Of a stretch of 64,000 nt of DNA, positions 10,353 through 24,267 are shown one piece after another. Position 1 is the first letter of the stretch. Every line of letters starts with the position of its first letter. This DNA comes from Raja brachyura (Eukaryota), in NCBI GenBank assembly GCA_963514005.1, contig OY740790.1, positions 5,270,001 to 5,334,000 on the forward strand. Direction: 5' to 3'. Under the pieces are notes generated by a model that was not told where the DNA came from, did not search any database, and was given only the letters and a program-made list of their open reading frames with translations. The translations under genes were made by a program, and so were the position numbers.

Positions 10353-13300
10353 ATCCATCATTTTTCTTTTTGCCACGCAACTTTTTGATTTACACTACAT
10401 CCTCCTTTTCTAATGCTATCAACAGATTCTTCGCATCCATATCCCCCTCTCGTTGGTCATAATGTGTTCTGAAAGCCATTATGGTGGCAGCGCTGTTCTT
10501 TGTCAGGGCTGTTTCTATCATTCGCTGGGCCAACCCCCGTACGCAGGGAATGATACAGCATCCAAACAAACACAGTAACCCCACCATGACTACCACTGAT
10601 GTTAGGGTTGATGTAAAGATGTGCTTCCATTTCCCAAACCAGGATTCTAGAAACCCAGTCCAGGAGGTGTCTACTCCAGAGTTCTCAGCCAATTCAAGGC
10701 CAAGACAGAGAGGTGAGACCTGCTAGGGCTCTTAACACTGACCCATCCGGAGCAGTGTTGTTGGGGATGAATGTGCAACATTGTTCGCCAAACATTACAC
10801 ACACCCCTCCCTTCTCAGCCAGTAGCATGTCCAAGGCCATGCGATTTTGCCAGGTCATTTGGCTGGTAGCTGTCAGTTGTTCCGCTAATCCTTCAACTGC
10901 ATCTCGAGTGTAATTTATAAAGCGTTGTTGATTGTCGTATAAGTAGTTGATCCAGTCCACATTTTTATTAATTGTGGGCCACCAGAAGAGCATGGACTCA
11001 AAGCCTGCAGCTATCTGCTTTCTGGCTTTGAATTCATCGGGTACCCCTCTTGGCACTCCTATCGCATCTATATAGATGTGTGTGTCAAATGATCCTTTCA
11101 CCTTTCTCTTTTGTCGTCGGTTTCCTTCCTTGAGTTCTACAGCATGTTCTACTGCTATGGTAAAGGGCATCATCAGTTGTATGAGGGTACAGGTTCCCGT
11201 CCATGACCCTGGTAACCGGGGCCACAGGGTATTCTCCCCGCACCATCACCAGACATCAGCTCCACTGACTATCTGCTTTCTCAGCCAGGAGCTATTGAAC
11301 AGTGGCCCCTGTTGAGCACCTTCCCCATGTCCTGTCCCTCTGGGTTATCTCTTGTATAGCACTCAAATCCCTCCTCCCCAAGAGGAATGGTAAATGGAGG
11401 AGGTCTAGGGTCTTCCCTTCGGCCCTTCGTATTATTGTTGCTGGTCGGAAATAGGTAATGATAACTCTGGCATATTGCATTCTTTGGTAAGGGGATTCAT
11501 GAATAGCTGTAGTATACATGACATAGCCCCAGGTGTTCTATCCCAATTCAGAAAAAAATGGTACAGGGACCAGCTGAGGCCTGGCTCTGGCGCAGGCGTA
11601 ACAATTGGTTCGTTGTATACTTCTAGCTGTGTACATCATCCAGGCTATCCAGGTGTTGGCTCCTGTTCCCCCTGTTGGTATTCCCTTCTCATATAACTGC
11701 CTTAATCACGTTTCTCCTGCTACTATCATTATCTTCAGATCCTTAGGCTCATTTTCCCTATTTACATTGCTAACTGCTGGTGGTGCTGGTGTTGCCCCGG
11801 GATCCCTATTCTGACTGTCATCTATCTTGACCACCTCTCCCTTCTCCTCATATCTTACCATCTCTCCATCCCACTTCACTTCTATCTCAAACTTCAGACA
11901 TGCATCCTTCCTTGTTCTATCTGCACATATCCAATATCTACCACTTTCCTGCATTTAAACACTCCGTGTGCTCACATATACGAGTCCTGGTAATTTCTCG
12001 TTTGGGTTTTGATACACTTTCCACCTATCAGTTTGATAGGTGGTCCAATGCCACCCATATTTTGATGAAGTGAACACCGCGTGCCAATCTTTACAGGGAT
12101 GGGTGCATACATACATTCTATAGCCGCACCACCATTTTCCTTTACATACATCAAATGGGATGGTGGTGGACCTTCTATTCTGTGGTATTGTGATTTTTAT
12201 GCATGTTACATTACTTACAAGTTGGGTGATTTCCCAACACACGACCCACCAACATAAAATCTTCATTTTTCCTGCGTGTTCCTGGTAAATATAAAAGTCA
12301 ATGATTCCTCTCCTTTGCGCACAGTCCACGGGCTGATATTGTCTGGTGGGGCCTCCACAGGACCCTTGCGTGTGTCCATCTTTTCTCGTACTGCTCTCGT
12401 ACTGTTCGTACTGCTGTCTCGGTGATTAGTAACACCAGGTTGCAGCTTTTCTTCTTTCCACATTTTTTATTTATACGCAGTCTCCAGCCTTGACTGAGTG
12501 AATCGGGAAGTCCAGTGGTGGGCTCTGTGCCAGCAATCCTTTAATTTTTAGTTCTGCAAGAGATTGGGACACTGCCAGTAAATAGTTCCTTAAGAATACA
12601 TCACTGCCCTCGCATTGTTGGAACTCCTTCTATCTTCCCTAAGTATGGGAGCCCAAATAACATCTCATATGGTGATATCCCTATGTCTTTTCGAGGTGCC
12701 GTTCGGATTCTTAACAAGGCTATCGGGAGGCACTTAGTCCAGGGGTGTCTTGTTTCCTCTATCAACTTGGTGATTTGGGTCTTCAAGGTGCTATTCATTC
12801 TTTCCACCTTTCCTGAGGTCTGGGGATGCCATTGTGTATGCAATTTCCATTCTATTCCCAGTGCTTCACATATCATTTTATGTGTTTTGGAGGCAAAATG
12901 GGTCCCTCTATCTGAGTCGATTGTTTCCATAATCCCATATCTAGGTATAATTTGTTCTAGTAATATCTTGGCTACCGCCTGTGAGGTGGCAGTTGTCGTG
13001 GGGAATGCCTCTACCCACCTGGTGAAATGGTCCACTATCACTAACAGGTACTTCCAGGTTTTTACCTGGGGCAGCTCGGTGAAATCTATCTGTATTCTCT
13101 GGAAGGGCCTAACTGATAATGGTTGTCCTCCTCCTGGGACTGCTCTCATGATTTTTTTGTTAATTCGCTGACCTATTACACAGCCCCCTATGACTTGTCC
13201 GGCCATGGTATACATTCCACGGCAAGAGTAGGTTCTGAGGAGGGTGTCACAGAGGGCTTGTGTTCCCCAATGGCTTTGTCCATGCAACCTCCCTAATAAT

Positions 13301-15817
13301 TCTCTCATTATTTCTTTGTTCAATAGCTGCTTTCCATCCAGTGTCCACCATTTCCCATTTGAAGTATGCTGAGCCCCCATTTCTCGCATGTGTTCCTGCT
13401 CTTTCTCACTAAAGATAGGTATCTTTTCCTATTGTCCCCTTAAAGGTATTAGTGACTTCATTTCTACCATCTGTTCTGTGGCTGCTCTTATCTTTTTAAA
13501 GCAGTCTCATCAATTTATCCCTTTGTTCCCCACTTTAATCCTTTCTGATATGCCTTCTTTCTCATTCTAAACTCAATTTCTTACTTCTCAGATAGTTTAC
13601 CCTCCTTTGCAAATGTATTCACCTTTCTTTTAAAATCTTCCACTGACTCCTCCTGATTTATTACATTCACACCTGTCGTTTCCTCCTTCTGTTACCTCCT
13701 CACTGCCTCTCTCTCCTTTCCTCTCTAAACTGCTTAAGTATATCTAATTGCTTTCCTCTCCCCTTTTCCCACCTTTCCAATTTATCTGTGACATATAATT
13801 TGTAATTTTCCAAATTAACTTTACTGAAAATAAATCTATAGAAACATAAGCAAAACCAAGCAACCTTCATTTTCCAACTTTCCCCTTTTAAGTTGCAATG
13901 CGTTGTTCGTTACCTTACAGCTGTTCGTAACTTTCCTAATTGCTTACAATTTCTTAAAGGAACACACGCACACACCCTTACAGCATGTGGCCGACAACAA
14001 ACAAAAGATCACATATATGAACTTTCTCATTCATTCAAAACCGGTTTTTACACACAAATCACATTCGTTCCATTCTTACTTCAAAGAAATTATGCAATTT
14101 TCTACACAGATTCAAGTTTCAAAATTAACATTTATATAATTCTTATCTCCCCTTTTAAGTTAAAGTAGGATGGTCTAATCCCCCATCAATCAGGTTCCTG
14201 AGCGTTGTGATTGGATAGTGATTCACATCGTGATTAGTCAGACTCACCGTCACTCAAATTCTAACCACACCCCACTAAGATCACAACCATTCAAAATCCT
14301 AGTCACTCAACATCTGACCACACCCCACTCCCATTAATCTCCAAACAAAGAAGCTCATTTTGTCTCGATCTCTCAGCAGAGAGAATGCAGCAATTTTATC
14401 TCCACAGTCAAGAAACGCAGTCCTTACACCTCCTCTGTCCTCGTAGTCACTATATTACATTATTCTTATTGCAATTCTACTTTCTGCTATTCTACAATAT
14501 TTTGCATCAACTCCTCATGTACCTGACCAATCTGTATATGAGTTCCTTCTATAGATTTTATGAAACAACTCACAACAACAATATTTCTTTCAAGTGCTTA
14601 AGATGAGCTTCTTCAATTTCCTGACATTTCTTTGAGGTTTCTGTCAATTTTTGTTCAAAATCTGTTTTTCCACATATAATTTATAGTTTTCTGTAGCTTT
14701 TTTTTAGATGTGACAGTTCCCTTTTCTATTTATTTCTGTGTTGCTCCTTCCTTTTTAACTTTTCGTACTCAAAACATTTGGCACTGTGATTTTCCTTAGA
14801 TTTTTGCAATGTTTGAGTGATACTCTGAATATTCTGTACAGCATCCAAAGTGCCCAATCCGCATTATTGGTTCCTTTGGTTAATCAAAATAACAGAACTT
14901 AATCATAGTCTCTTTATCTTTACCCCCGGGGCTTCCTTCTCCCCAAGATTGCCACATTCGCCCCAATGGACTATCAGGCAGAATGTGCGGCTCTTCACCT
15001 TTGAGCCTTTTTCTTTCCCCCCCGGACTCTTACTTTTCCCGTTCCGGTTATCCATTGTCTTATCGGACTATTCCCGTCCGACAGAACCCTGACCTCTCAG
15101 GGTGGTATCCACAAGGAGTTAAACTGCCTCCATTGTCTTATCGGACTATTCCCGTCCAACAGACCCCTGACCTCTCAGGGTGGTATCCACGAGGAGTTAA
15201 ACTGCCTCTCTCTCCTTTAATAATTATTTCCCGCTTCCCATACTGCGGCATACTTGATCTCTTCTATTATTGGATTGGGTTTATTCTTCACATTTTCATT
15301 CAATGCCTGTTGTACCCAATCCTCATCTGACTCATCCTCTGGCCACCAGACCGAAGCTCCTTTATCAGGTGTTTTGGCCATTCAAAATAACAATACCTTA
15401 TCATTGTTGTCTTCTCCGACCCCTGGGTATTTCCTGCCCCCCAGTGGTTCAGCATTCGCCCCCAACGGACTATTAGGCAGAATGCTGGGATGGGTTTTTC
15501 ACTTACATTTCCCATTATCTTGATCGGAATTCCTCTCCGATCTTTTATCAAATCGCCCAGGTAATACTATAATAGTCAAAGTTTCTTACCGGGGTCTGTG
15601 CACAGAATTACTCGATTTTCGCGATTTCCAACCAATCTCCAACCACCTTCACTTCTTTGCTGAGTCTCTGTTTGGTCCGGCCATCACTCGCTCAAACCTT
15701 CTGACGGTAAGCAAGGAGTCTGAGACCGCTGAACTCAGCGGGGTGCACCTTCTCTTCGTCCGTGTACCCCCGTCAGCTGGCCTGGAGTAATTAAATCCCG
15801 GAACCGAGCCCCCAAAT
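10353..15817 (-). mobile_element. ERV internal region, unit 2 (env 10390-12266, IN 12601-13389, MA fragments)
   Basis: Copy of unit 1 at offset ~5954; the ORF track repeats. env TM is frameshifted near 10695. Confidence 0.92.
14476..14854 (-). pseudogene. FCHO2-like F-BAR fragment, unit 2
   Basis: Same sequence as 8522-8900 at +5954. Confidence 0.88.
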
Positions 15818-16306
15818 TGTGAGATATAAACAAATCTCAAACGCTGTTTGAGACAAAGTCAGCAAAGAAGCTTTTATTAAGATAATATTCTGCTGAATAG
15901 GTGCCTCTCCTTTGCTGCCCCCTAGAGGCACCCCGAGGGTCGGGATGTATTCTATCTTTATACATTTCATTACATTATAGCCACACCCTCTTTTCTCACC
16001 ATTTTGCCTCTATTTAATTATAACATAAAGCCCACATTCCCACGAGAAAGTCCAGGAACGCCTCGGAACATCTCTTGACGTCAAAGGCTTATACTGAAGT
16101 TTCTATCTATTTGCTACTTTTTATCTCAAAGTTCTCTCTGTGCTCTGTTCTATCTGTCGTTACTTTCTATCTCAAAGTTCTCTCTATCTGTCGTGACTTT
16201 CTATCCCACTAACAGTCTGGCTTTGTTGAAACCTTATTTCTTTCTAAGCTACATTTTTTCTATTCCTAGTTTAAATCAACCATGTCTGTTAACCCCTTTT
16301 CTCACA
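15818..16306 (-). mobile_element. ERV LTR 3, shared between units 2 and 3
   Basis: Copy of LTR 2 at +5954 with a few substitutions. Confidence 0.9.
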
Positions 16307-19300
16307 ATCCATCATTTTTCTTTTTGCCACGCAACTTTTTGATTTACACTACATCCTCCTTTTCTAATGCTATCAACAGATTCTTCGCATCCATATCCCC
16401 CTCTCGTTGGTCATAATGTGTTCTGAAAGCCATTATGGTGGCAGCGCTGTTCTTTGTCAGGGCTGTTTCTATCATTCGCTGGGCCAACCCCCGTACGCAG
16501 GGAATGATACAGCATCCAAACAAACACAGTAACCCCACCATGACTACCACTGATGTTAGGGTTGATGTAAAGATGTGCTTCCATTTCCCAAACCAGGATT
16601 CTAGAAACCCAGTCCAGGAGGTGTCTACTCCAGAGTTCTCAGCCAATTCAAGGCCAAGACAGAGAGGTGAGACCTGCTAGGGCTCTTAACACTGACCCAT
16701 CCGGAGCAGTGTTGTTGGGGATGAATGTGCAACATTGTTCGCCAAACATTACACACACCCCTCCCTTCTCAGCCAGTAGCATGTCCAAGGCCATGCGATT
16801 TTGCCAGGTCATTTGGCTGGTAGCTGTCAGTTGTTCCGCTAATCCTTCAACTGCATCTCGAGTGTAATTTATAAAGCGTTGTTGATTGTCGTATAAGTAG
16901 TTGATCCAGTCCACATTTTTATTAATTGTGGGCCACCAGAAGAGCATGGACTCAAAGCCTGCAGCTATCTGCTTTCTGGCTTTGAATTCATCGGGTACCC
17001 CTCTTGGCACTCCTATCGCATCTATATAGATGTGTGTGTCAAATGATCCTTTCACCTTTCTCTTTTGTCGTCGGTTTCCTTCCTTGAGTTCTACAGCATG
17101 TTCTACTGCTATGGTAAAGGGCATCATCAGTTGTATGAGGGTACAGGTTCCCGTCCATGACCCTGGTAACCGGGGCCACAGGGTATTCTCCCCGCACCAT
17201 CACCAGACATCAGCTCCACTGACTATCTGCTTTCTCAGCCAGGAGCTATTGAACAGTGGCCCCTGTTGAGCACCTTCCCCATGTCCTGTCCCTCTGGGTT
17301 ATCTCTTGTATAGCACTCAAATCCCTCCTCCCCAAGAGGAATGGTAAATGGAGGAGGTCTAGGGTCTTCCCTTCGGCCCTTCGTATTATTGTTGCTGGTC
17401 GGAAATAGGTAATGATAACTCTGGCATATTGCATTCTTTGGTAAGGGGATTCATGAATAGCTGTAGTATACATGACATAGCCCCAGGTGTTCTATCCCAA
17501 TTCAGAAAAAAATGGTACAGGGACCAGCTGAGGCCTGGCTCTGGCGCAGGCGTAACAATTGGTTCGTTGTATACTTCTAGCTGTGTACATCATCCAGGCT
17601 ATCCAGGTGTTGGCTCCTGTTCCCCCTGTTGGTATTCCCTTCTCATATAACTGCCTTAATCACGTTTCTCCTGCTACTATCATTATCTTCAGATCCTTAG
17701 GCTCATTTTCCCTATTTACATTGCTAACTGCTGGTGGTGCTGGTGTTGCCCCGGGATCCCTATTCTGACTGTCATCTATCTTGACCACCTCTCCCTTCTC
17801 CTCATATCTTACCATCTCTCCATCCCACTTCACTTCTATCTCAAACTTCAGACATGCATCCTTCCTTGTTCTATCTGCACATATCCAATATCTACCACTT
17901 TCCTGCATTTAAACACTCCGTGTGCTCACATATACGAGTCCTGGTAATTTCTCGTTTGGGTTTTGATACACTTTCCACCTATCAGTTTGATAGGTGGTCC
18001 AATGCCACCCATATTTTGATGAAGTGAACACCGCGTGCCAATCTTTACAGGGATGGGTGCATACATACATTCTATAGCCGCACCACCATTTTCCTTTACA
18101 TACATCAAATGGGATGGTGGTGGACCTTCTATTCTGTGGTATTGTGATTTTTATGCATGTTACATTACTTACAAGTTGGGTGATTTCCCAACACACGACC
18201 CACCAACATAAAATCTTCATTTTTCCTGCGTGTTCCTGGTAAATATAAAAGTCAATGATTCCTCTCCTTTGCGCACAGTCCACGGGCTGATATTGTCTGG
18301 TGGGGCCTCCACAGGACCCTTGCGTGTGTCCATCTTTTCTCGTACTGCTCTCGTACTGTTCGTACTGCTGTCTCGGTGATTAGTAACACCAGGTTGCAGC
18401 TTTTCTTCTTTCCACATTTTTTATTTATACGCAGTCTCCAGCCTTGACTGAGTGAATCGGGAAGTCCAGTGGTGGGCTCTGTGCCAGCAATCCTTTAATT
18501 TTTAGTTCTGCAAGAGATTGGGACACTGCCAGTAAATAGTTCCTTAAGAATACATCACTGCCCTCGCATTGTTGGAACTCCTTCTATCTTCCCTAAGTAT
18601 GGGAGCCCAAATAACATCTCATATGGTGATATCCCTATGTCTTTTCGAGGTGCCGTTCGGATTCTTAACAAGGCTATCGGGAGGCACTTAGTCCAGGGGT
18701 GTCTTGTTTCCTCTATCAACTTGGTGATTTGGGTCTTCAAGGTGCTATTCATTCTTTCCACCTTTCCTGAGGTCTGGGGATGCCATTGTGTATGCAATTT
18801 CCATTCTATTCCCAGTGCTTCACATATCATTTTATGTGTTTTGGAGGCAAAATGGGTCCCTCTATCTGAGTCGATTGTTTCCATAATCCCATATCTAGGT
18901 ATAATTTGTTCTAGTAATATCTTGGCTACCGCCTGTGAGGTGGCAGTTGTCGTGGGGAATGCCTCTACCCACCTGGTGAAATGGTCCACTATCACTAACA
19001 GGTACTTCCAGGTTTTTACCTGGGGCAGCTCGGTGAAATCTATCTGTATTCTCTGGAAGGGCCTAACTGATAATGGTTGTCCTCCTCCTGGGACTGCTCT
19101 CATGATTTTTTTGTTAATTCGCTGACCTATTACACAGCCCCCTATGACTTGTCCGGCCATGGTATACATTCCACGGCAAGAGTAGGTTCTGAGGAGGGTG
19201 TCACAGAGGGCTTGTGTTCCCCAATGGCTTTGTCCATGCAACCTCCCTAATAATTCTCTCATTATTTCTTTGTTCAATAGCTGCTTTCCATCCAGTGTCC

Positions 19301-21771
19301 ACCATTTCCCATTTGAAGTATGCTGAGCCCTCATTTCTCGCATGTGTTCCTGCTCTTTCTCACTAAAGATAGGTATCTTTTCCTATTGTCCCCTTAAAGG
19401 TATTAGTGACTTCATTTCTACCATCTGTTCTGTGGCTGCTCTTATCTTTTTAAAGCAGTCTCATCAATTTATCCCTTTGTTCCCCACTTTAATCCTTTCT
19501 GATATGCCTTCTTTCTCATTCTAAACTCAATTTCTTACTTCTCAGATAGTTTACCCTCCTTTGCAAATGTATTCACCTTTCTTTTAAAATCTTCCACTGA
19601 CTCCTCCTGATTTATTACATTCACACCTGTCGTTTCCTCCTTCTGTTACCTCCTCACTGCCTCTCTCTCCTTTCCTCTCTAAACTGCTTAAGTATATCTA
19701 ATTGCTTTCCTCTCCCCTTTTCCCACCTTTCCAATTTATCTGTGACATATAATTTGTAATTTTCCAAATTAACTTTACTGAAAATAAATCTATAGAAACA
19801 TAAGCAAAACCAAGCAACCTTCATTTTCCAACTTTCCCCTTTTAAGTTGCAATGCGTTGTTCGTTACCTTACAGCTGTTCGTAACTTTCCTAATTGCTTA
19901 CAATTTCTTAAAGGAACACACGCACACACCCTTACAGCATGTGGCCGACAACAAACAAAAGATCACATATATGAACTTTCTCATTCATTCAAAACCGGTT
20001 TTTACACACAAATCACATTCGTTCCATTCTTACTTCAAAGAAATTATGCAATTTTCTACACAGATTCAAGTTTCAAAATTAACATTTATATAATTCTTAT
20101 CTCCCCTTTTAAGTTAAAGTAGGATGGTCTAATCCCCCATCAATCAGGTTCCTGAGCGTTGTGATTGGATAGTGATTCACATCGTGATTAGTCAGACTCA
20201 CCGTCACTCAAATTCTAACCACACCCCACTAAGATCACAACCATTCAAAATCCTAGTCACTCAACATCTGACCACACCCCACTCCCATTAATCTCCAAAC
20301 AAAGAAGCTCATTTTGTCTCGATCTCTCAGCAGAGAGAATGCAGCAATTTTATCTCCACAGTCAAGAAACGCAGTCCTTACACCTCCTCTGTCCTCGTAG
20401 TCACTATATTACATTATTCTTATTGCAATTCTACTTTCTGCTATTCTACAATATTTTGCATCAACTCCTCATGTACCTGACCAATCTGTATATGAGTTCC
20501 TTCTATAGATTTTATGAAACAACTCACAACAACAATATTTCTTTCAAGTGCTTAAGATGAGCTTCTTCAATTTCCTGACATTTCTTTGAGGTTTCTGTCA
20601 ATTTTTGTTCAAAATCTGTTTTTCCACATATAATTTATAGTTTTCTGTAGCTTTTTTTTAGATGTGACAGTTCCCTTTTCTATTTATTTCTGTGTTGCTC
20701 CTTCCTTTTTAACTTTTCGTACTCAAAACATTTGGCACTGTGATTTTCCTTAGATTTTTGCAATGTTTGAGTGATACTCTGAATATTCTGTACAGCATCC
20801 AAAGTGCCCAATCCGCATTATTGGTTCCTTTGGTTAATCAAAATAACAGAACTTAATCATAGTCTCTTTATCTTTACCCCCGGGGCTTCCTTCTCCCCAA
20901 GATTGCCACATTCGCCCCAATGGACTATCAGGCAGAATGTGCGGCTCTTCACCTTTGAGCCTTTTTCTTTCCCCCCCGGACTCTTACTTTTCCCGTTCCG
21001 GTTATCCATTGTCTTATCGGACTATTCCCGTCCGACAGAACCCTGACCTCTCAGGGTGGTATCCACAAGGAGTTAAACTGCCTCCATTGTCTTATCGGAC
21101 TATTCCCGTCCAACAGACCCCTGACCTCTCAGGGTGGTATCCACGAGGAGTTAAACTGCCTCTCTCTCCTTTAATAATTATTTCCCGCTTCCCATACTGC
21201 GGCATACTTGATCTCTTCTATTATTGGATTGGGTTTATTCTTCACATTTTCATTCAATGCCTGTTGTACCCAATCCTCATCTGACTCATCCTCTGGCCAC
21301 CAGACCGAAGCTCCTTTATCGGGTGTTTTGGCCATTCAAAATAACAATACCTTATCATTGTTGTCTTCTCCGACCCCTGGGTATTTCCTGCCCCCCAGTG
21401 GTTCAGCATTCGCCCCCAACGGACTATTAGGCAGAATGCTGGGATGGGTTTTTCACTTACATTTCCCATTATCTTGATCGGAATTCCTCTCCGATCTTTT
21501 ATCAAATCGCCCAGGTAATACTATAATAGTCAAAGTTTCTTACCGGGGTCTGTGCACAGAATTACTCGATTTTCGCGATTTCCAACCAATCTCCAACCAC
21601 CTTCACTTCTTTGCTGAGTCTCTGTTTGGTCCGGCCATCACTCGCTCAAACCTTCTGACGGTAAGCAAGGAGTCTGAGACCGCTGAACTCAGCGGGGTGC
21701 ACCTTCTCTTCGTCCGTGTACCCCCGTCAGCTGGCCTGGAGTAATTAAATCCCGGAACCGAGCCCCCAAAT
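16307..21771 (-). mobile_element. ERV internal region, unit 3 (env 16344-18220, IN 18555-19343)
   Basis: Near-identical to unit 2 at +5954. Confidence 0.92.
20430..20808 (-). pseudogene. FCHO2-like F-BAR fragment, unit 3
   Basis: Same sequence as 8522-8900 at +11908. Confidence 0.88.
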
Positions 21772-22347
21772 TGTGAGATATAAAAAAATCACAAATGCTG
21801 TTTGAGACAAAGTCAGCAAAGAAGCTTTTATTAAGATAATATTCTGCAGAATAGTTGCCTCTCCTTTGCTGTCCCCTAGACATGGTTGATTTAAACTAGG
21901 AATAGAAAAAATGTAGCTTAGAAAGAAATAAGGTTTCAACAAAGCCAGACTGTTAGTGGGATAGAAAGTCACGACAGATAGAGAGAACTTTGAGATAGAA
22001 AGTAACGACAGATAGAACAGAGCACAGAGAGAACTTTGAGATAAAAAGTAGCAAATAGATAGAACCTTCAGTATAAGCCTTTGACGTCAGGAGATGTTCC
22101 GAGGTGTTCCTGGACTTTCTCGTGGGAATGTGGGCTTTATGTTATAATTAAAAAGAGGCAAAATGGTGAGAAAAGAGGGTGTGGCTATAATGTAATGAAA
22201 TGTATAAAGATAGAATACATCCCGACCCTCGGTGTGCCTCTAGGGGGCAGCAAAGGAGAGGCACCTATTCTGCAGAATATTATCTTAATAAAAGCTTCTT
22301 TGCTGACTTTGTCTCAAACAGCGTTTGTGATTTTTTTATATCTCACA
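21772..22347. mobile_element. Fold-back LTR: minus-strand LTR 3' end (21772-21880) joined to a near-complete plus-strand LTR (21878-22347)
   Basis: Junction gtcccct-AGA-catggttg; ~109-bp inverted arms. Confidence 0.85.
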
Positions 22348-23346
22348 ATTACAATAGACAATAGACAATAGACATTAGGTACAGGAGCAGGCCATTCGGC
22401 CCTTCGAGCCAGCACCGCTATTCAATGTGATCATGGTTGATCATCCCCAATCACTACCCCATTCCTGCCTTCTCCCCTTTTCCCCTGACTCCGCTATTTT
22501 TAAGAGCCCGATCTAGCTCTCTCTTGAAAGCATCCGGAGAACCTGCCTCCACCGCCCTCTGAGGCAGACAATTCCACAGACCAATTCAAGACAGTGATAA
22601 CTGGAGAGCACTTTTCAAAAATCTACATAAAGACATCCTAATAAATAATATAAATTTAAATTATTCTCATATCAAATAAAAACTCCAAACATTAGAAACA
22701 ATAATTAAAGATTATCAAAATCCTCTTGATTTCCAAATTACTTTGGAAGAATTGACCATAAAAATAAAATCTCTCCATTCAAAGAAAGCCAGCAATGAAA
22801 TGAAAAGCTCAAATACAGCATTCCGGTGATGTACAGCATAGGCTGTTCAACATCTCACTACGTTCAGGTTATTTCCCTGATATTTTGTGTCAAGGGTTTA
22901 TTTCGCCCATTTATAAGAGTGGAAACAAATTAGACCCAAATAATTATTGTGGGAGCTGTGTCAATAGCTGCCTAGGGAAGTTGTTCTGTAGTATCATAAA
23001 TAACAGAATGCAGGATTTCCTTAACATATACAACATTCTCAGTAAAAATCAAATTGGCTTCCTCCCAAAACACCGTACCACTGACTAAATCTATGCGCTC
23101 CACACTCTCATTGAATAACATATACTCCAAGCAAAAAAATGGAAAAATATTTGCCTGGTTTATTGACTTTGAGAAAGCATTTGGCACGAAGGGCTCTATT
23201 ACAAACTTCTCTGTTGTGGTATAGGAGGAAAGGTATATGACCTTATCAAATCAATGTATGTGAATAATAAATATGACATTAAAATTGTGGAAAATGCACT
23301 GATCTGTTCGCCCAGAGAAGAGGTCCGGCAAGGCTGCAATCCGAGC

Positions 23347-23492
23347 NNNNNNNNNNNNNNNNNNNNNNNNNNNNNNNNNNNNNNNNNNNNNNNNNNNNNN
23401 NNNNNNNNNNNNNNNNNNNNNNNNNNNNNNNNNNNNNNNNNNNNNNNNNNNNNNNNNNNNNNNNNNNNNNNNNNNNNNNNNNNNNNNNNNNN
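23347..23492. other. Assembly gap
   Basis: N run. Confidence 1.
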
Positions 23493-23640
23493 GTCCTGCA
23501 CTGACCTCAGGGTCAGGGGTCAGATGAGTGCGGTTAGAGGGCGGGTGGTCAGAGTGAATGGCTTCCCCGAGATCACGACCACACTGGTATTCTGACCTAG
23601 GCCAGGGTCAGAGGTAAAGTGGTGGGGGTCAGGGTTAAAG

Positions 23641-24267
23641 GGCTATAATGTAATGAAATGTATAAAGATAGAATACATCCCGACCCTCGGTGTGCCTCTA
23701 GGGGGCAGCAAAGGAGAGGCACCTATTCTGCAGAATATTATCTTAATAAAAGCTTCTTTGCTGACTTTGTCTCAAACAGCGTTTGTGATTTTTTTATATC
23801 TCACAATTACAATAGACAATAGACAATAGACATTAGGTACAGGAGCAGGCCATTCGGCCCTTCGAGCCAGCACCGCTATTCAATGTGATCATGGTTGATC
23901 ATCCCCAATCACTACCCCATTCCTGCCTTCTCCCCTTTTCCCCTGACTCCGCTATTTTTAAGAGCCCGATCTAGCTCTCTCTTGAAAGCATCCGGAGAAC
24001 CTGCCTCCACCGCCCTCTGAGGCAGACAATTCCACAGACCAATTCAAGACAGTGATAACTGGAGAGCACTTTTCAAAAATCTACATAAAGACATCCTAAT
24101 AAATAATATAAATTTAAATTATTCTCATATCAAATAAAAACTCCAAACATTAGAAACAATAATTAAAGATTATCAAAATCCTCTTGATTTCCAAATTACT
24201 TTGGAAGAATTGACCATAAAAATAAAATCTCTCCATTCAAAGAAAGCCAGCAATGAAATGAAAAGCT
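23641..24267 (+). repeat. Duplicate of 22183-22809 (LTR 3' end + CR1 + LINE)
   Basis: Apparently identical at offset 1458. Confidence 0.85.

Noticed and set aside
22348-22372. ACAATAG after the last LTR as a continuation of the interrupted + strand pol (GGGGACAATAG)
   Set aside because: It is fully explained by the (ACAATAG)n CR1 tail, and no further pol sequence follows.
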